A stretch of DNA of 32,000 nucleotides from Nostoc sp. PCC 7120 = FACHB-418 (lineage in GTDB: Bacteria > Cyanobacteriota > Cyanobacteriia > Cyanobacteriales > Nostocaceae), in NCBI RefSeq assembly GCF_000009705.1, contig NC_003272.1, forward strand, positions 4,680,001 to 4,712,000. Reading direction: 5' to 3'. The translations under genes were made by a program, and so were the position numbers. Positions within the stretch are counted from its first letter, which is position 1; each line of letters opens with the position of its first letter. This document shows, piece by piece, positions 24,636 through 32,000 of the stretch. The notes under the pieces were generated by a model. The model worked only from the letters and a program-made list of their open reading frames with translations, ran no database searches and was not told the origin of the DNA.

Positions 24636-24937
24636 GAGGCAGGAGGAGGAAAAAGCAACGATTCTTACTCACAACTCAGCACTCACAGCTTTTCAAGTCA
24701 ATGGAAATAAATTAAATTATGTTAAGTAATGTAAAATTATTATAGGCTCTCTAGTCAGGGTTTGAGTCACATTTGTTTGTACAAGCATCCTGTACAAAAG
24801 ACCGCGCCGACTTGTTAAAAACTCATAATCCAAGAAGTCGCCCATCATACAAATACCGACACCAAGCAATTTTTAATCATTTTCCCTGCTTTCTATCACC
24901 TATGGTCTCTAATATTGATTAAAACTATCCAGCGCAT

Positions 24938-25432
24938 ATGAAAAAACGCTATTTTTTACAAACTAGTGCTGCATTAGTTGGCACAGCTTTGTTACCACCG
25001 TATATTTTCCACAGGTCAAGCATCATGGCAACTTCTAATACCAAGTTTGAAATCGCTAAATCTGAACAAGAATGGCAAACAATATTAACCCCTGAACAGT
25101 TCCGTGTATTGCGGAAACATGGCACTGAAAGGGCTTTTACTAGTCCACTCGATAAAGAATATAGTCAGGGGACTTATGTTTGTGCTGCTTGTGATCAGCC
25201 CTTGTTTACATCTGATACTAAATTTAACAGTGGTACTGGCTGGCCTAGTTTTTTCAACCCCATTGAAGGTGGAATTGGTACTACTGTAGACAGGTCGTTT
25301 TTCATGACTAGAGTTGAAGTACATTGCAGTCGTTGTGGTGGACATCTAGGTCATGTGTTTGATGATGGCCCTGCCCCCACCGGTAAGCGCTACTGTATGA
25401 ATGGTGTATCGTTAAAGTTTGAGCCTGCCTAA
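24938..25432 (+). CDS. msrB: peptide-methionine (R)-S-oxide reductase with an N-terminal signal-like extension
   Basis: CAAC and CSRC zinc motifs, GHLGHVF and catalytic RYCMNG. The N-terminus MKKRYFLQTSAALVGTALLPP looks like an export signal. An internal ATG (MATSNTKF) would give a cytosolic form. Confidence 0.85.
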   Translation: MKKRYFLQTSAALVGTALLPPYIFHRSSIMATSNTKFEIAKSEQEWQTILTPEQFRVLRKHGTERAFTSPLDKEYSQGTYVCAACDQPLFTSDTKFNSGTGWPSFFNPIEGGIGTTVDRSFFMTRVEVHCSRCGGHLGHVFDDGPAPTGKRYCMNGVSLKFEPA

Positions 25433-25475
25433 GGTACGCAAAAGCAAGATTAGTCTTAGTCCCAATTAAAGATGA

Positions 25476-25519
25476 AAGCGATCGCCTTCTAATCTGTGAT
25501 AATTAGAGAGCGATCGCTT
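25476..25519. terminator. bidirectional hairpin terminator built on two HIP1 sites, between convergent msrB and the radical SAM gene
   Basis: aagcgatcgccttctaat (25476-25493) pairs with attagagagcgatcgctt (25502-25519), 16/18. Both flanks are T-rich. Confidence 0.5.
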
Positions 25520-25535
25520 ATTATTTTCTATTTAT

Positions 25536-27137
25536 TTAACTAACTACAGCCTCAGCTTTTGTCTCTTGTGTCTCTACAGGAGGGAGAACATAAGGTTTCT
25601 CCGCACCTTGGGCTAGATATTCAGCTAGTTGTTTTTCAATTTCGTCGCGCACAATTTGGCGATATTCTAGAAAATGCTCATTGTGGGCGCAGGCGGAAAT
25701 ATAATGTTCAACAACTCCAGGGTTACGCTTGAGGATGCTAAATAAGTGATGCCAGAATTTCCAGCGCGTTTCCCGTTTGACACCTTGTCGCCAAATGACA
25801 ATTAACAAGGCTTTAATTACTACCAATTCCGGCATTTTAAATGGTGTTTTGTAACGTGGCGCACCCAACATGAGGAAACAACGATAGGTGCGGTCTAAGT
25901 AATTTACCGGGTCGTATAGAGTACAAAATGCTTCAATATATTCCCTGGCAATATCTTCTAGGGGGCGGGTGGGGAGGAAATTCATCAACGTTGTTTGGTT
26001 GATGTTACCATCTTGATTTTCCCGTAGTCGTCCTTCCTTCTTCAGGCGATGCCATAATGCTGTGTTGGGTAAGGCTTGCAACATGGCAAATGTGGTGGAG
26101 GGAATGCCGGCTTGTTCAGCAAAACGGACAATGCGATCGCCTGCACCTGCTTTTTCACCATCAAAACCGATGATAAACCCAGCCATTGGGCGCAGTCCAG
26201 CTTTAATGATGGTTTGCACTGCATCTGTTAGGGAACTGCGGGTATTTTGGAATTTTTTGGTTAGTTGTAAGCTATCTTCATCTGGTGTTTCAATTCCCAA
26301 GAAGACCGCAGAGAAGCCAGACTCGACCATTAAATCTAGCATTTCTTGGTCTTGTGCTAGGTCAACGGAAGCCTCTGTATCAAATTTGAAGGGATATTGA
26401 TGTTCAGCCATCCAGACTTTCAACTCTTTCAGCAACAATTTCACATTGCGCTTGTTACCGATAAAGTTGTCATCTACCATGAACACACCACGCCGCCAGC
26501 CTAATTCGTAGAGGTAATCTAACTCTGCCAATAACTGTGCTGGGGTTTTGGTACGTGGTTTGCGTCCGTAGAGAACAATGATGTCACAAAATTCGCACTG
26601 GAACGGACACCCGCGCGAGAACTGCACCGACATCATGTCATAGGCATTCAGTTCTAGTAAATCAAACCGGGGTACGGGTGTGCTTGTGACATCTGGCTTT
26701 TCTGCGGTGCGGAAAGTCCCAGAAGTTTCCCCCCTTTGTACTGCTTCCACAAACATGGGTAGGGTGATTTCCCCTTCATCGAGAATGAGAAAATCCGTCC
26801 CGACGTTCTGCACATCATGAGGTGTGGAGGTGGGATAGGGGCCGCCGACAGCTACTAACTTACCACGCCGTTTTGCTTCTTGAATTTGCTCAAGTAAATC
26901 TTGTTTCTGGACAATCATCGCTGAGAAAATGACGATATCAGCCCAAGCCCATTCTTCTTCGGTGGCTGGACGGATATTGCGGTCTACCAGCTTAAATTCC
27001 CATTCCTGGGGCAGAATCGCTGCCACTGTTACTAAACCCAAGGGTGGTAACAACACCTTGCGATCAACTAAGGCTAGAATTTTTTCGTATGACCAAAAGG
27101 TTTTTGGAAATACTGGATAAACTAGTAGAATTCGCAT
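25536..27137 (-). CDS. B12-binding-domain radical SAM protein (DUF4070-type C-terminus)
   Basis: N-terminal cobalamin-binding-like Rossmann region and the CPFQCEFC (CxxxCxxC) radical SAM cluster motif. The long helical C-terminal extension is typical of the cyanobacterial DUF4070 group, from memory. Confidence 0.8.
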   Translation of the reverse strand: MRILLVYPVFPKTFWSYEKILALVDRKVLLPPLGLVTVAAILPQEWEFKLVDRNIRPATEEEWAWADIVIFSAMIVQKQDLLEQIQEAKRRGKLVAVGGPYPTSTPHDVQNVGTDFLILDEGEITLPMFVEAVQRGETSGTFRTAEKPDVTSTPVPRFDLLELNAYDMMSVQFSRGCPFQCEFCDIIVLYGRKPRTKTPAQLLAELDYLYELGWRRGVFMVDDNFIGNKRNVKLLLKELKVWMAEHQYPFKFDTEASVDLAQDQEMLDLMVESGFSAVFLGIETPDEDSLQLTKKFQNTRSSLTDAVQTIIKAGLRPMAGFIIGFDGEKAGAGDRIVRFAEQAGIPSTTFAMLQALPNTALWHRLKKEGRLRENQDGNINQTTLMNFLPTRPLEDIAREYIEAFCTLYDPVNYLDRTYRCFLMLGAPRYKTPFKMPELVVIKALLIVIWRQGVKRETRWKFWHHLFSILKRNPGVVEHYISACAHNEHFLEYRQIVRDEIEKQLAEYLAQGAEKPYVLPPVETQETKAEAVVS

Positions 27138-27360
27138 CTTGTATCAATCCTCACGCTGTGATTGTGATCCCACGCTAACAAAAATAATTACTTATTAACT
27201 TGTTTTCTAAATTGGCTTCAGTTTACCGTTAATGCTTTTGCTTGGCAATTATTCAAACAATACACTACGTATCTGACTTGATCTCACAGGGTGGTGTTCC
27301 ATGAAGATGGCAAAATTCAAGTCATTTATAATTGACAAAAAGTATTTTATGTGATATTGG

Positions 27361-27774
27361 CTATGAGCTACGCTGTGCGGTCACTCCATCTTTGAGTCCT
27401 AATGCACTATTTTCTAGTTGTTTTAGTTGCTGCGATTTCTCTGATAATTGCAGTGCCAATCGCTGACAAACCAACTCACACAATTCAAAAATTATGGGGT
27501 CAGCAATTTCATAAAAGACACTCACCCCTTGGGGTTGACGTTTGATAATACCAGTCTGCGCCAAAATTTGCAGGTGTTTGGAAACATTAGCTTGTTTAAG
27601 TTGGGTAATTTCTATAATTTCAGTCACATTTTTTGCACCAGATTTAAGCGCACACAATACTTGTAAACGACTCACTTCAGACAATACTTTGAAATACTCG
27701 GCTACTGGTGCGAGTGCAGTTGGTGACGATTCGATCATACTTGAGAGCAATTTCAGTATATTTTTGATTGACAA
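27361..27774 (-). CDS. ArsR/SmtB-family repressor, SqrR/BigR-like (candidate persulfide sensor)
   Basis: Winged-helix region VTEIIEITQLKQANVSKHLQILAQTGII. Cys41 in helix alpha2 (QVLCAL) and Cys99/Cys103 in the last helix (ELCELVC). It is divergent from a persulfide dioxygenase operon. Confidence 0.75.
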   Translation of the reverse strand: MSIKNILKLLSSMIESSPTALAPVAEYFKVLSEVSRLQVLCALKSGAKNVTEIIEITQLKQANVSKHLQILAQTGIIKRQPQGVSVFYEIADPIIFELCELVCQRLALQLSEKSQQLKQLENSALGLKDGVTAQRSS

Positions 27775-27810
27775 TTTATATTAAAGCATTATAAAACATA
27801 AATATTATAT

Positions 27811-27830
27811 TACTATATAGTAGTATAGTA
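27811..27830. promoter_or_regulatory. candidate operator: 12-bp perfect palindrome TACTATATAGTA plus an extra TATAGTA half-site
   Basis: tactatatagta (27811-27822) followed by g-tatagta (27824-27830). It lies centrally in the 83-bp divergent intergenic region. Confidence 0.5.
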
Positions 27831-27857
27831 GACACAAGCCCCTATTTATCAAAAACT

Positions 27858-28559
27858 ATGTTATTTCGGCAACTTTTTGACCCAGAGACCAGCACTTACA
27901 CTTATTTGATTGCAGACTTGGAAACTAAAACTGCGGCATTGGTTGACCCAGTGCTGGAACAAGTAGAACGTGACCAGAAGTTATTGACAGAACTGGATTT
28001 GACACTAGGCTACTGTTTGGAGACACATATCCACGCTGACCACATCACAGGTGCGGGGAAACTGCGAGAGAAAATAGGATGTGAAAACATTGTGCCTTTT
28101 GGCGCAAATGCTGCCTGTGCTAACAAAAAAATGCAGCCTGGTGACGTGCTGCAATTTGGGTCAGTTGTCATTGAAGCTATTGCTACACCAGGACACACGG
28201 ATAGTCACTTGGCTTATTTGGTCAATAAAACCCACTTACTCACAGGAGATTCCCTGCTGATTCGTGGCTGTGGACGCACGGATTTTCAAAGTGGTAGTGC
28301 AGCAGTACTTTACGACAGTATTACCAAAAATCTCTGGACACTACCTGAGACGACACTCGTTTATCCAGGTCACGATTATCACGGACAAACAGTGTCCACA
28401 ATTGGCGAAGAGAAAAAGTTTAATCTGCGATTGGTTGGGCGCAGTCGTTCAGAATTTATCGAGTTGATGGGCAATTTAAATCTGCCAAATCCGCAGAAAA
28501 TTATGGAAGCTGTGCCAGCAAACCAGCGCTGCGGCAATGTGGCGATGACTACTCTTTGA
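27858..28559 (+). CDS. persulfide dioxygenase (ETHE1/Blh-type metallo-beta-lactamase fold)
   Basis: MLFRQLFDPETSTYTYLIAD N-terminus, HIHADHITG, TPGHTDSH, GDSLLIRGCGRTDF and YPGHDY, the ETHE1-family pattern. Confidence 0.8.
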   Translation: MLFRQLFDPETSTYTYLIADLETKTAALVDPVLEQVERDQKLLTELDLTLGYCLETHIHADHITGAGKLREKIGCENIVPFGANAACANKKMQPGDVLQFGSVVIEAIATPGHTDSHLAYLVNKTHLLTGDSLLIRGCGRTDFQSGSAAVLYDSITKNLWTLPETTLVYPGHDYHGQTVSTIGEEKKFNLRLVGRSRSEFIELMGNLNLPNPQKIMEAVPANQRCGNVAMTTL

Positions 28560-28604
28560 GTTTCAGGGTTTAGAGATTAGTATTTTTGACAAGGAATTAA
28601 AACA

Positions 28605-29138
28605 ATGACAAACACTAAAAATTTGACGGAAATCGATGCAATCACACTTAAGCAATGGATAGAGGATAATACAGTTATATTAATTGATGTGCGCGAAGCG
28701 GCGGAGTATGCAGCAGAACATATTCCTGATGCAAAGCTACTTCCTTTATCTAATTTTCGTGCTGACCAAGTAACACCACAAAGTGAAAACATCGTTTTAT
28801 ATTGTCGTTCAGGGAATCGTTCCAATCAAGCTTTGCAGAAATTGATAGATGCGGGTGTTAGCAACGTCTATCAACTCCAAGGCGGTCTACCCACCTGGAA
28901 AGCAGCAGGTTTACCCACAAAAATTAACCTCAGCGCCCCTATTAGCTTGATGCGACAAGTACAAATTGTTGCAGGTTCCTTAGTCTTTCTAGGAACAGTA
29001 TTAGGTGCGTTTGTCTCACCTTGGTTCTTAATTTTGAGTGGGTTTGTTGGTGCTGGGTTGGTGTTTGCTGGGGTGACGAATACCTGTGCGATGGGTATTT
29101 TACTGGCGAAACTACCTTATAACCGTCGGATGGCGTAA
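28605..29138 (+). CDS. membrane-anchored rhodanese (YgaP-like: rhodanese + DUF2892 two-TM tail)
   Basis: Active-site loop CRSGNRS. The C-terminal hydrophobic hairpin is VAGSLVFLGTVLGAFV...GAGLVFAGVTNTCAMG. Confidence 0.8.
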   Translation: MTNTKNLTEIDAITLKQWIEDNTVILIDVREAAEYAAEHIPDAKLLPLSNFRADQVTPQSENIVLYCRSGNRSNQALQKLIDAGVSNVYQLQGGLPTWKAAGLPTKINLSAPISLMRQVQIVAGSLVFLGTVLGAFVSPWFLILSGFVGAGLVFAGVTNTCAMGILLAKLPYNRRMA

Positions 29139-29140
29139 AT

Positions 29141-29989
29141 ATGACTTGGATAATTGGTCATCTTCTCGCCGTTGGTATTGGCATTAGTTTGGGGCTACTG
29201 GGTGGGGGTGGTTCGGTGCTGGCTTTACCTGTGTTGGTATATGTCATGGGAATTGCCCCAAAAAATGCGATCGCTATGACTTTAGTAATTGTTGGTACAG
29301 TTAGTTTATTAGGAAGTATCTCCCATTGGCGTGCAGGAAATATCCGGTGGAAAACTGCTTATATTTTTGGTGGGGCGACAATGTTAGGGGCTTTCTTCGG
29401 TGCTAGGTTGGCAACTCTGCCATTTATTACCGATAATATCCAGATGTTGCTGTTTGCGCTGTTGATGTTGGTGGCTAGTATCATCATGATTCAACGCAGT
29501 ATGGGAACTAAAACAACTCATGATGAGTTACCTTACCCACCACCAGTATGTAAACATTGCTGGTTGTGGTTGATGAGTGAAGGAATTATCGTTGGTGGTT
29601 TGACGGGGTTAGTTGGTGTTGGTGGCGGGTTTGCGATTATTCCAGCTTTAGTGTTACTCGCTAAATTACCGATGAAGGCAGCAATTGGCACATCTTTATT
29701 CATTATCGCCATGAATGCGATCGCTGGATTTCTTGGTTACCTGGGACACATCACCCTAGACTGGAGTCTCATATTTAGTTTTATCCTCGCTGCTAGCGGT
29801 GGGACTTTAGTTGGTGCGTACTTGACTCAGTTTGTACCAGCGACGCAATTGCAAAAGAGTTTTGGCTATTTTCTCCTAGCAGTAGCAGCGTTTGTATTAT
29901 TTCAAAACCGTGGCGTATTTTCACCAAAGTCGGCAGCATCGGCAAAAGTTAGCTGGCAAAAGCAGGCATTTATTGACGATACTTTTTAA
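29141..29989 (+). CDS. TauE/SafE-family (DUF81) anion/sulfite exporter
   Basis: Polytopic membrane protein with two GGGG-containing halves (LLGGGGSVLALP and VGVGGGFAIIP). The start is 2 nt after the rhodanese stop. Confidence 0.8.
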   Translation: MTWIIGHLLAVGIGISLGLLGGGGSVLALPVLVYVMGIAPKNAIAMTLVIVGTVSLLGSISHWRAGNIRWKTAYIFGGATMLGAFFGARLATLPFITDNIQMLLFALLMLVASIIMIQRSMGTKTTHDELPYPPPVCKHCWLWLMSEGIIVGGLTGLVGVGGGFAIIPALVLLAKLPMKAAIGTSLFIIAMNAIAGFLGYLGHITLDWSLIFSFILAASGGTLVGAYLTQFVPATQLQKSFGYFLLAVAAFVLFQNRGVFSPKSAASAKVSWQKQAFIDDTF

Positions 29990-30071
29990 AGTAGAGGTAG
30001 AGCCTAAATCTTCCTCGTTGACTGCATCTGGGTTTGCCGCAACGCCGAATTTTAGTAGAGTGGAATGAATT

Positions 30072-30650
30072 ATGACTGCTTTAACATTACAGTTACCGCC
30101 TCATCTCAAATTTACGGATGAGGAATTTGAACAGATTGTGGCTGTAAATCAAGAGTTGCGTTTGGAATTAACTGCGGAAGGGGAATTGGTCATCATGTCA
30201 CCCACTGGGGGGGAAACAGGAAACCGCAATTTTGATTTATTGGGTCAACTATGGTGGTGGAACAGTCAGAATAATTTAGGTAAAGCTTTTGATTCTTCCA
30301 CTGGTTTTAAACTTCCCAATGGTGCAACCCGTTCTCCTGATGCTTCTTGGGTCAAGATGGAAAGATGGGAGATTCTCACACCACAACAAAGAAAAAAATA
30401 TCTTCCTTTGTGTCCAGATTTTGCCGTGGAGTTGGTTTCAGAAACTGATGATGTAGAAGATACTCAAGCCAAAATGCTGGAATATTTAGCAAATGGTTTA
30501 CAACTTGGTTGGTTAATTAACCCCAAAGATAAGCTAGTGATAATTTATCGTCCTCATCAAGCACCAGAAGTATTACAATCTCCTATAAGTTTATCTGGGG
30601 AAAATGTTCTTCCTGGTTTTATTTTAAATTTACAGCCAATTTTTGCATAG
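30072..30650 (+). CDS. Uma2-family (DUF820) PD-(D/E)XK endonuclease
   Basis: 192 aa. ELxxGELVIMSP, PDxxV and CPDFAVELVSETD motifs typical of this cyanobacteria-expanded family. Confidence 0.75.
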   Translation: MTALTLQLPPHLKFTDEEFEQIVAVNQELRLELTAEGELVIMSPTGGETGNRNFDLLGQLWWWNSQNNLGKAFDSSTGFKLPNGATRSPDASWVKMERWEILTPQQRKKYLPLCPDFAVELVSETDDVEDTQAKMLEYLANGLQLGWLINPKDKLVIIYRPHQAPEVLQSPISLSGENVLPGFILNLQPIFA

Positions 30651-30658
30651 ATTGAGAA

Positions 30659-31618
30659 TTACTGGTGAGAAGCATCAACACCGCTAATTTTTAGAACATC
30701 AGTCATAGTTGCACAGTAATTTGGCAAGCCAAAACTATCGGGATTAATCACAGTGTTGTATGTGAAATGGCGATAGTTCATACAGAATCTATCCCAATCT
30801 GCCATCTGAATGCGAAAGACGGCAATGATGAGATTTGCCAATGATAAAGATAGGGGGATACGGAAGGAAATCTTTTTGCCTAGATAGGAGCAAAGTTGTT
30901 CTATTGCTTGGTTAGCAGTTAAACGCTTTTGACCTAATACTAATCTACGTGATGTATTTTCTTGAGGAGGATTGGCTATTAAATATTTAACTACGCTGGC
31001 AATATCTTTGCCGTGGATGAAGTGGAAACTACCATCAGCTTGTAAAAAGCGAATTAAATTAACATACTTGGTAACTTCGGGGATACCTGATGTGAGATGA
31101 GAATAAGGTTTTTTGCTATCACCACCTAACACTAATGTGGGAAAAACTGTGGTGATTTTAGAGGCAATACCTAATTCTGATATTTTATGTAAGCATTCAT
31201 ATTTAGAACGAATATAATCTGTGCCGATTTCCCCTGCTTCTTTAAGTGGCTGATTTTGACTATCTAAAACGCTGGCTGTAGAAAAATAAATAACTTGTTG
31301 ACAACGGTCAGGGTCTAATAGATTAAGTAACTCTATAGTTTTAGATACATTAATATCAAAGGTTTGCTCACCACCCCAAGCGGTTGCGGTGAGGATGGCT
31401 ATATCAATTGTGGATAATAAATCAGCAAATTGACTAATATTTTGCATATCACCCTGTAAGACGGTGACACCCGGACGAACCTGAGTATCAACTTGTAATT
31501 TACTGGGGTTTCTAACTAGTAAATATAGTTCGTAATCGGTTTCTTGAATTAAGGTTTCGCTAATATAATGACCTATGCAGCCACTAGCACCGGTCACAAA
31601 AATTCTTTTTTTGGTCAT
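30659..31618 (-). CDS. NAD(P)-dependent epimerase/dehydratase-family oxidoreductase
   Basis: IFVTGASGCIGHYI Rossmann motif; 319 aa extended-SDR architecture. Confidence 0.7.
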   Translation of the reverse strand: MTKKRIFVTGASGCIGHYISETLIQETDYELYLLVRNPSKLQVDTQVRPGVTVLQGDMQNISQFADLLSTIDIAILTATAWGGEQTFDINVSKTIELLNLLDPDRCQQVIYFSTASVLDSQNQPLKEAGEIGTDYIRSKYECLHKISELGIASKITTVFPTLVLGGDSKKPYSHLTSGIPEVTKYVNLIRFLQADGSFHFIHGKDIASVVKYLIANPPQENTSRRLVLGQKRLTANQAIEQLCSYLGKKISFRIPLSLSLANLIIAVFRIQMADWDRFCMNYRHFTYNTVINPDSFGLPNYCATMTDVLKISGVDASHQ

Positions 31619-31760
31619 GTGTTTGCAGTTTGGTTATTAGTTGTAGTGATAAATTGACAACTAATAAATACGCTAAGTTCCTAAGTATGATTTATTCACG
31701 CAGAGACGCATACCGCAAGCGGAACCCGTAGGGTAGGCGCAGAGAGAAAATAAGAGAGTT

Positions 31761-31861
31761 TGTCAACTGTCAACTGTTCCTTCGGGTTCGCCAGTTGCTT
31801 ATGGGGGAAACCCCCAAGACCGCACTGGCTCACAACCGACAACTGACAGCTGACAACTGAC
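31761..31861. repeat. STRR heptamer arrays in inverted orientation flanking a GC hairpin
   Basis: tgtcaactgtcaactgt (31761-31777) and acaaccgacaactgacagctgacaactgac (31832-31861). Between them lie gccagttgc...gcactggc and gggggaaaccccc. The last heptamer overlaps the hemE stop. Confidence 0.75.
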
Positions 31862-32000
31862 TACACCAAAACATTTAGTTGCTTGGCTGTTTCAAAGAAG
31901 AAGGCGACGTTTTCTTCTGGTGTGTCTGGTAGTACACCGTGTCCAAGGTTGAGAATATGACCCCAGTTACCAGCTTTGCGAACGGTATCGATGATGCGAT
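31861..32000 (-). CDS. hemE: uroporphyrinogen decarboxylase, C-terminal 45 codons (gene runs off the window)
   Basis: Hand translation of the minus strand gives ...[44 protein letters not shown]. The NLGHG(V/I)LP motif is diagnostic of HemE C-termini. Confidence 0.85.
   Translation of the reverse strand, partial: RIIDTVRKAGNWGHILNLGHGVLPDTPEENVAFFFETAKQLNVLV

Noticed and set aside
24778-24796. TGTACA-N7-TGTACA upstream of msrB looked like an NtcA-type site.
   Set aside because: NtcA needs GTA-N8-TAC. The spacing here between GTA and TAC is 11 nt, so it does not fit.
1-32000. Search for tRNA, rRNA, retron or DGR reverse transcriptase, toxin-antitoxin pairs and CRISPR arrays in intergenic regions.
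   Set aside because: I found no T-arm consensus (GGTTCGAATCC-like) on either strand, no rRNA-like segments, no RT motifs and no paired small ORFs. Hypervariability of the HEAT array therefore cannot be ascribed to a DGR in this window.

Overview
This window looks like a chromosomal segment of a filamentous, Nostoc/Anabaena-type cyanobacterium. By eye there are about 35 copies of the HIP1 octamer GCGATCGC, and heptamer STRR arrays fill most intergenic gaps. The gene order is cphA-cphB, trmD, ispF, argH, flv1A, flv3A, msrB, hemE, which I recall from the Nostoc sp. PCC 7120 all3879-all3895 region (memory only, not verified). Most of the window is housekeeping: cyanophycin synthetase and cyanophycinase, TrmD, IspF, an orphan family-5 ABC substrate-binding lipoprotein, LarB, ArgH, two class-C flavodiiron proteins, CoaX, an SDR, an alpha/beta hydrolase, a NUDIX hydrolase, an M50/CBS site-2 protease, MsrB, a B12-binding radical SAM protein, a Uma2 nuclease, an NAD-dependent epimerase and the 3' end of hemE.

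Two parts look accessory.

(1) A wedge of about 5.1 kb (12638-17782) sits between the partner genes flv1A and flv3A. It carries an NLR-like STAND gene with three parts: a small helical N-domain, a NACHT NTPase, and 12 near-identical 35-aa HEAT-like repeats with position-restricted hypervariability. The gene is one continuous reading frame broken by a single in-frame UGA, and no start codon lies between that UGA and the P-loop. It is flanked by an N-terminally truncated Rpn/DUF4351 remnant, STRR arrays, and a previously unexplained array of nine phased 21-bp units with a palindromic TCGT-N-ACGA core. This is my best candidate for an undescribed conflict or defence-type system.

(2) A divergent SqrR/BigR-like ArsR regulator faces a persulfide dioxygenase / YgaP-type rhodanese / TauE operon, with a palindromic operator candidate between them.

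Smaller items are a 135-bp MITE with 20-bp terminal inverted repeats and a 9-10 bp target-site duplication, a tandem duplicated hairpin in the cphB leader, and STRR heptamers that run into the coding sequence of trmD and coaX. I found no rRNA, tRNA or CRISPR array.
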